Of a DNA stretch of 64,000 nucleotides, positions 58,463 to 64,000 are shown in pieces (the stretch's first letter is position 1; every line of letters begins with the position of its first letter). Under the pieces are notes generated by a model. The model was not told the DNA's origin, ran no database searches, and was given only the letters and a program-made list of their open reading frames with translations. Both the position numbers and the translations under genes were made by a program. Location of the stretch: the NCBI GenBank assembly GCA_963709345.1, contig CAVPVX010000011.1, forward strand, positions 64,001 through 128,000, read 5' to 3'. This DNA comes from an uncultured Actinomycetes bacterium. Lineage in GTDB: Bacteria; Actinomycetota; Thermoleophilia; UBA2241.

Positions 58463-60439
58463 ATGACCGGCATGGTCCCGCGGGATGTGTACGAGCTGAC
58501 GGGGGCCGCCGATCCGCGGCTCTCGCCGGACGGTGCCCGGGTGGCGTTCGTGGTCGGCGCCGTCGACGAGAAGGCGAATGCGTACAGGGCGGCGATCTGG
58601 CTGGCGGCGGCCGACGGGTCGGAGCCGCCGCGCCGGTTCACGAGCGGCGAGAAGGCGGACGCCGACCCGCGCTGGTCGCCGGACGGGGCGCACCTGGCCT
58701 TCATCTCGAACCGCGCCGGCAAGGCGTCGCAGTTGTACGTGCTGCCGGTGGCGGGAGGCGAGCCGCGCAAGCTCACGAGCCTCAAGGAGGACGTCTCGCA
58801 GGCCGTCTGGTCGCCGGACGGGGCGAGCATCGCCTTCGTCGCGCGTGTGCGCGACGCGGCCTACGAGGAAGAGGACGACAAGAAGCGGGCGCCGCGCCGC
58901 ATCACGCGCCTGCACTACAAGCTGGACAGCGTGGGGTGGACGGCCGACCGGCCGCAGCACCTCTTCGTCGTGCCGGTCGACGGGTCGGCCGAGCCGGTCC
59001 AGCTCACGGGCGGCGACTACGAGGACCACTCGCCGTGCTGGTCGCCGGACGGCGGGACGATCGCCTTCGTCTCCGCCCGTCATGAGGACTGGGACCTCTC
59101 GATGGCCGACGACGTGTACCTGGTCGACGCCGCCGGCGGGGAGCCGCGGCGTCTCACGCAGGGCGGCGGCAGCATCGGCGGCGTCTCCTGGTCGCCGGAC
59201 GGGTCGCGCCTCGCCGCGCACCGGTACGAGGGCGTGTTCGACGACCCCAAGCACAGCCAGGTCGCGCTGGTCGACCCGGAGAACGGCGCGTTCACACTCC
59301 TCACCAAGTCGCTCGACCTCAACTGCACGACGTATCCCGGGATGCGTGAGCCGCTCTGGGACGGCGACGGCCTCGTCTTCGTCGTCGAGGATCACGGGCG
59401 CGTGCACGTCTACCGCGTCCCGGCCGGCGGCTCCGGCGAGCCGCTTCTCGTCGTCGGCGGTGAGCGCGTCGTGACCGGCCTCGACGTGGCGGCCGGCCGG
59501 CTCGTGTTCACGGCGAGCGAGCCGGCGCGGCTGAGCGAGCTCTACGACGGCGGTCCGGCCGCCGGGCCGGACGACCCGGCGTCCGCGGGGCGTCGCCTCT
59601 CGTCTGTCGGTGAAGCGTTCGCCGCCGGGCGGGAGCTCGTGCTGCCGGAGCGCTTCACCGCCGTCTCGACGGACGGCAGCGAGGTCGACGCCTGGATCAT
59701 GCGGCCCGCCGGCAGCGAGCAGGGCAAGAAGTACCCCACCCTGCTCAACATCCACGGCGGGCCCTACGGCCAGTACGACGTCGGCTTCTTCGACGAGTTC
59801 CAGGTGTACTGCGGTGCCGGCTACGCCGTCGTCTTCAGCAATCCTCGCGGCTCCTCGGGGGGCACCGAGGAGTGGGCGCGGGCCATCCGCGGCCCCGGCG
59901 ACGACGGCGACGGCTGGGGCTCCGTCGACTACGACGACTGCATGGCCGTCGTGGACGAGGCGGTCCGCCGGTTCGACTTCGTCGACGCGGACCGCCTCGG
60001 CGTCATCGGCGGCTCGTACGGCGGCTACATGACGTCGTGGATCGTCGGCCACACGGACAGGTTCAAGGCTGCCGTCTCCGAGCGCGCCGTCAACAACTTC
60101 GACTCGCAGTGGGGCTCCAGCGACTACGGCTGGGACTTCAAAGGCTACATGGGCGCGTTCCTGTTCGAGGACGTGGAGACGTATCTGAAGGTTTCGCCTT
60201 CCAGCTACGCGACGGACATTCACACGCCGCTGCTCATCCTGCACTCGGAGGACGACCTGCGTTGTCCGGTCGAGCAGGCGGAGCACCTCTTCGTGACCCT
60301 CCGCCTGCTCAAGCGCCCGGTCGAGATGGTGCGTTTCCCGGCCGAGTCCCACGAGCTGACCCGGTCCGGCAACCCCGTCCACCGCGTGCAGCGGTTCGAG
60401 ATCGTGCTGGAATGGTTCGACCGGTACCTCAAGTCCTGA
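58463..60439 (+). CDS. S9 family (acylaminoacyl/dipeptidyl) peptidase
   Basis: Repeated WSPDG beta-propeller blades, IHGGP, GGSYGG nucleophile, HSEDDLRC, ESHEL. Confidence 0.93.
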   Translation: MTGMVPRDVYELTGAADPRLSPDGARVAFVVGAVDEKANAYRAAIWLAAADGSEPPRRFTSGEKADADPRWSPDGAHLAFISNRAGKASQLYVLPVAGGEPRKLTSLKEDVSQAVWSPDGASIAFVARVRDAAYEEEDDKKRAPRRITRLHYKLDSVGWTADRPQHLFVVPVDGSAEPVQLTGGDYEDHSPCWSPDGGTIAFVSARHEDWDLSMADDVYLVDAAGGEPRRLTQGGGSIGGVSWSPDGSRLAAHRYEGVFDDPKHSQVALVDPENGAFTLLTKSLDLNCTTYPGMREPLWDGDGLVFVVEDHGRVHVYRVPAGGSGEPLLVVGGERVVTGLDVAAGRLVFTASEPARLSELYDGGPAAGPDDPASAGRRLSSVGEAFAAGRELVLPERFTAVSTDGSEVDAWIMRPAGSEQGKKYPTLLNIHGGPYGQYDVGFFDEFQVYCGAGYAVVFSNPRGSSGGTEEWARAIRGPGDDGDGWGSVDYDDCMAVVDEAVRRFDFVDADRLGVIGGSYGGYMTSWIVGHTDRFKAAVSERAVNNFDSQWGSSDYGWDFKGYMGAFLFEDVETYLKVSPSSYATDIHTPLLILHSEDDLRCPVEQAEHLFVTLRLLKRPVEMVRFPAESHELTRSGNPVHRVQRFEIVLEWFDRYLKS

Positions 60440-61455
60440 AGCCGGTCGCGATCGTCGCGCTTGCGCTGATCGTCGCGGCGGCCGCCGCCGCGGTGGTACG
60501 GCCGGCGGCGGCCGCGTCCGCCGGCGCCCGCGTACCGGCCTCGGCGGCGCGGCCCCCGGCCCGTTGGGTCGCCGTCTCCGTCGCGACCCTGTGGGTGGCG
60601 CCCGGTAGCACGCGGGCCGTGGACGCTCCCTCGACCGCGTCTCCCGCGGACCCGCGCGCCTGGGTCGCGGGCATGACGACGACGCAGAAGCGCTGGCTCG
60701 TCGGCAAGCTCGAGACGCAAGCGCTCTACGGCGACAAGGTGTACCTGCTCGAGACGTCCGGCGCCTGGTCCCGGGTCGCCGTCGCCGGCCAGCCGACGCC
60801 GCGGAGCCGCTGGGGCTACCCCGGCTGGCTGCCGACGAGGCAGCTCACGCGCACCACCCCGGCGGCCGCGCCGCGGATCGCCGTGGTGCGGCGGCCTACG
60901 GCGTGGCTGTGGGCGTCGCCCGGTCTGTCCGGGCGCGTGCTCGAGCTCTCCTACGGCACGCGCCTCCAGGCGCTCAGCTGGACGGCGGCCGCCGTCGAGG
61001 TCGCGCGCCTCGACGGCGGCCGCGCCTTCGTGCGGCGCGCGGCGGTGGCGCTGCGCGAGCCCGGCTCCGCGTGGCCGCCGCTCACGGGCGCGAAGCTGAC
61101 GACCGAAGCACGGCGCTTTCTCGGTCGGCAGTACCTGTGGGCGGGCACATCCGGCTTCGGCTTCGACTGCTCCGGCTTCACGCACGCCGTGTACCGCGCC
61201 CTCGGCACGACGATCCCGCGGGACGGCGCGCCGCAGGCCGGGGCGGGGCGCAGGATCGCGTCTCGCGGCGCCCTGCTGCCCGGCGACCTGGTCTTCTTCC
61301 GCGCCGCCGGCGGCGCTATCCACCACGTCGGCATGTGCGTCGGCGGCGGCCGGATGATCCACGCGCCGTCCACCGGCCGCCCGGTCGCGATCGTCTCGCT
61401 CGCCGCCGAGCCGTATCGCAGCGAGTTCGCCGGCGGTCGCCGGCTCGTCCCGTGA
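60436..61455 (+). CDS. Secreted NlpC/P60 peptidase, YkfC-like (gamma-D-glutamyl endopeptidase); start uncertain
   Basis: Signal-like N-terminus, VSVATLW, ETQALYG, GYPGW, YLWAGTSGFGFDCSGF, HHVG, MIHAP. Confidence 0.88.
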   Translation: MKPVAIVALALIVAAAAAAVVRPAAAASAGARVPASAARPPARWVAVSVATLWVAPGSTRAVDAPSTASPADPRAWVAGMTTTQKRWLVGKLETQALYGDKVYLLETSGAWSRVAVAGQPTPRSRWGYPGWLPTRQLTRTTPAAAPRIAVVRRPTAWLWASPGLSGRVLELSYGTRLQALSWTAAAVEVARLDGGRAFVRRAAVALREPGSAWPPLTGAKLTTEARRFLGRQYLWAGTSGFGFDCSGFTHAVYRALGTTIPRDGAPQAGAGRRIASRGALLPGDLVFFRAAGGAIHHVGMCVGGGRMIHAPSTGRPVAIVSLAAEPYRSEFAGGRRLVP

Positions 61456-61522
61456 CGGTCCCGTGCGGATGATACGACCACTGCCGGCGCACGCAGACTC
61501 TCGAACCAGCGGGAGGTAGCCA

Positions 61523-63598
61523 ATGGACGCGACGGATTTCCAGGCCCCCGAGGCAGGCCACCTGGTCGCCACGGAGGACGGCTGTGAGGCGTTCATGCCC
61601 GCCCCGCTGCCGCCCCGGCTGACCTACGGCGGCGAGCTCGTGGAGGCGATGTCGGCCGCCGACGCCGCGCTGGGCGAGCTCTCCGGCCTCGCCGGCGGGC
61701 GGCGCGATCCGCAGATACTCGTCGCGCCGTTCCTCCGCCAGGAGGCCGTCCTCTCGTCGCGCATCGAGGGCACGCCGGCGACGCTCGTCGACCTGCTCTT
61801 CGACGAAGTCGCGGCGGCTCCCGACCTCGCGCTGCGCGAGAACCTGCGCGAGGTGCGCAACTACGTCGCCGCGCTCATGTACGGTGTCGACCGCCTCGCC
61901 GAGCTGCCGCTCTCCAGTCGGCTCGTCCTCGAGTTGCACGAACGGTTGCTGAAGGGCGTGGGCGACGCCAGCTGGACGCCCGGGGAGTTCCGTAGCGGCC
62001 AGAACTGGATCGGCCCGCCGGGTTCGACGCTCGAGACCGCCGTCTACGTGCCGCCGCCGGTCCCCGAGATGCATGCCGCTCTCTCCGAGTGGGACCGCTT
62101 CCTCGCAGGAGCGCACGGGTCTGCCGCCGCTCGTCCAGTGCGCCCTCGTGCACGAGCAGTTCGAGGCGATCCACCCGTTCCTGGAGGGCAACGGCCGCCT
62201 CGGACGGCTCCTGATCACGCTCTTCCTGATCGACCGCGGGCGCCTCTCGCATCCGCTCCTCTATCCCTCCGCCTACATCGAGGCGCACCGCGACGACTAC
62301 TACGGACTGCTGCAGCACATGCGCACGCGCGGGGAGTGGGAGCCGTGGCTGCTCTTCTTCATGGACGCGATCCGAGAGACTGCCGAGCGCGCCGCCGAGC
62401 AGGTACGCGCGCTCATGAAGCTCCGCGAGCTGTACCGCTCAAGGGTCACGGGCCACGCGCGCCGCCTGGTCGACGACCTCTTCCGGACACCCTTCGTCAC
62501 CGTGCCGGAGGCTCAGCAGGCGCTCTCCGTCAGCAACGCGACGGCGCGCAAGGCCGTCCGCGATCTGGAGGAGTGGGGCATGCTCGAGGAGCTGGCCGAG
62601 CGGCGCTGGCCGCGCGCGTACATCGCGCGGCCCATCCTCGACGCCATCCAGGAGCCGCTCGAGAGCCTGCGCCTGACGTCGGAGACCAAGACCAAGGGCG
62701 CGCCGCTGAAGACGGGGACCGCGCTCGAGGAGACGCCGGACCGCCCGGCCGATCTGCTCATGGCCGAGGCGATGCGCATCATCGACGAGGCGCGTCGGTA
62801 CGGGGTCCAGGTCCGCCTCATGGGCGGCCTCGCCGTGCGTCGCTACTGCACCGACCTCGACTTCATGGACCGGGAGTACTCGGACATCGACCTCGTCGGC
62901 CTCTCCATCCAGAACCGCGAGCTGCACCAGGTCTTCACCCGCCTCGGCTACGTCGAGAACCGCGTCGTGACCGAGGCGACCGGCGCCGGGCAGCTGCAGT
63001 ACGTCAAGACGGAGGCGCTGCGCGATGCCGGGGGGCGTACCGCATCGGCGTCAGCAAGAGGCAGGCCGACGGACCCGCGAGCCTCGTCGACCACATCGAC
63101 CTCTTCATGGACGTCATGCGCATGGACCACGACCTCGACGTCCGCGGCCGCCTGCTCGTCGACGAGTACGCGATCTCGCCGGCCGACGCCTTCATCGGCA
63201 AGGTCCAGATCGGCCAGATCAACGCCAAGGATGCGCACGACGTCATCGCGCTGGTCAAAGATGTGCCGCTCCGCGAGGCCGACGACGAGTCGTCGATCTG
63301 CCTGCCGTACCTGGCCGAGACCTGCGCCGACGATTGGGGCCTCTACCAGGACGTCGTGACCAACATCGACGTCGTGCTGGCCACGGTCGACGACTTCGAC
63401 CTCTCCAGGGAGGAGGCGGCGTGGGTCTACGGGCGGCTCACGGCGATCCGTGAGGCCATCCGGAGCGAGGAGAAGACGGTACGCTGGAAACTGCGCGCGA
63501 GGGTCGGGAAGCGGGTCGCGTGGCGTCGCGAGATCGAGGACACGGACGGGACCGACGTGGTCGCGCCGGAGTGGGACTGGAGGCGCGACCTCGGCTGA
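61523..63598 (+). CDS. Fic-nucleotidyltransferase fusion, copy 2; two compensating frameshifts (~62106 and ~63030)
   Basis: GGAGGT RBS; N- and C-termini in the 61523 frame; middle (HPFLEGNGRLGR, LMGGLAVRRYC..REYSDIDL) in the 62073 frame; ends APEWDWRRDLG like copy 1. Confidence 0.85.
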   Translation: MDATDFQAPEAGHLVATEDGCEAFMPAPLPPRLTYGGELVEAMSAADAALGELSGLAGGRRDPQILVAPFLRQEAVLSSRIEGTPATLVDLLFDEVAAAPDLALRENLREVRNYVAALMYGVDRLAELPLSSRLVLELHERLLKGVGDASWTPGEFRSGQNWIGPPGSTLETAVYVPPPVPEMHAALSEWDRFLAGAHGSAAARPVRPRARAVRGDPPVPGGQRPPRTAPDHALPDRPRAPLASAPLSLRLHRGAPRRLLRTAAAHAHARGVGAVAALLHGRDPRDCRARRRAGTRAHEAPRAVPLKGHGPRAPPGRRPLPDTLRHRAGGSAGALRQQRDGAQGRPRSGGVGHARGAGRAALAARVHRAAHPRRHPGAAREPAPDVGDQDQGRAAEDGDRARGDAGPPGRSAHGRGDAHHRRGASVRGPGPPHGRPRRASLLHRPRLHGPGVLGHRPRRPLHPEPRAAPGLHPPRLRREPRRDRGDRRRAAAVRQDGGAARCRGAYRIGVSKRQADGPASLVDHIDLFMDVMRMDHDLDVRGRLLVDEYAISPADAFIGKVQIGQINAKDAHDVIALVKDVPLREADDESSICLPYLAETCADDWGLYQDVVTNIDVVLATVDDFDLSREEAAWVYGRLTAIREAIRSEEKTVRWKLRARVGKRVAWRREIEDTDGTDVVAPEWDWRRDLG

Positions 63599-63699
63599 CC
63601 CCGGCCGCGCCGTTTCCACTTCGCCCTTGCGTGAAATGACGGGGGCGAGGGCGCAGCCGCCGCGCGCCGCACAGGAGTGGCGATCCCGGGAGGGACATC

Positions 63700-64000
63700 A
63701 TGGCCGACGACCATCTGCCCAACGTGTATGTGGGGTTCCGCGAGAGCTACCCCGGCGTCGCCGAGGCCCTTGACGGGCTGGGCGAGGCCACCGACGGCGC
63801 CGGCCCGCTCGACGAGCGCACCGCGCGGCTGGTCAAGCTGGGCCTCGCGGTCGGGGCGCTCGCCGAGGGCTCCGTGCGCTCGAACGCGCGCAAGGCCCTC
63901 GCGGCCGGCGCGTCCCCGGACGAGGTGCGTCAGGTCGCCATGCTGGCGATCACGACCTGCGGGTTCCCCGCGGCCATCGCCGGCCTCGGCTGGATCGACG
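63700..64000 (+). CDS. Carboxymuconolactone decarboxylase/AhpD family protein (3' end outside window)
   Basis: MADDHLPNVY..FRESYP...AGPLDERTARLVKLGLAVGA..EGSVRS..RKAL.AGAS..EV...TTCGFP. Confidence 0.8.
   Translation, partial: MADDHLPNVYVGFRESYPGVAEALDGLGEATDGAGPLDERTARLVKLGLAVGALAEGSVRSNARKALAAGASPDEVRQVAMLAITTCGFPAAIAGLGWID

Noticed and set aside
58500-59200. Repeated TGGTCGCCGGACGG motifs
   Set aside because: These encode the WSPDG beta-propeller repeats of the S9 peptidase and are not an independent DNA repeat.
52012-60382. 1440-aa and 1341-aa minus-strand ORFs
   Set aside because: Antisense shadows of well-supported plus-strand genes.

Overview
High-GC bacterial chromosome segment. The gene order recO-glyQ-glyS-ppdK-dnaG-rpoD, the two-subunit GlyRS and the anaerobic-type metabolism suggest a deep-branching actinobacterium such as Thermoleophilia (inference). 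1-13.7 kb is core housekeeping, including two tandem rpoD paralogues and a B12/radical-SAM-like gene with a broken Cys motif, ending at tRNA-Asn. 14-29 kb holds a ferric-reductase-like oxidoreductase, decayed duplicate fragments, amt, glutamate formiminotransferase, a CoA-transferase pair and an acyl-CoA dehydrogenase-fixC-fixX-etfB-etfA operon behind a structured leader. After a CAT-anticodon tRNA comes an accessory block with a corrinoid/methyltransferase/GntR locus. Next are uppP, a KhtTU-like K+ antiporter, an MFS pump, a Nif3-RNase HI fusion, tRNA-Gly, tRNA-Cys and a 4.8-kb island integrated in tRNA-Cys (47-bp att repeats, truncated integrase, Mesh1-like hydrolase). The most unusual region is 50.2-63.6 kb. 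It contains a DeoR / choline-kinase-like / nucleotidyltransferase-like / metallophosphoesterase / APC permease operon. This is followed by two paralogous ~691-aa proteins fusing a Fic domain to the same nucleotidyltransferase-like domain, flanking an S9 peptidase and a YkfC-like NlpC/P60 gene. Several single-base frameshifts suggest sequencing indels or recent decay.
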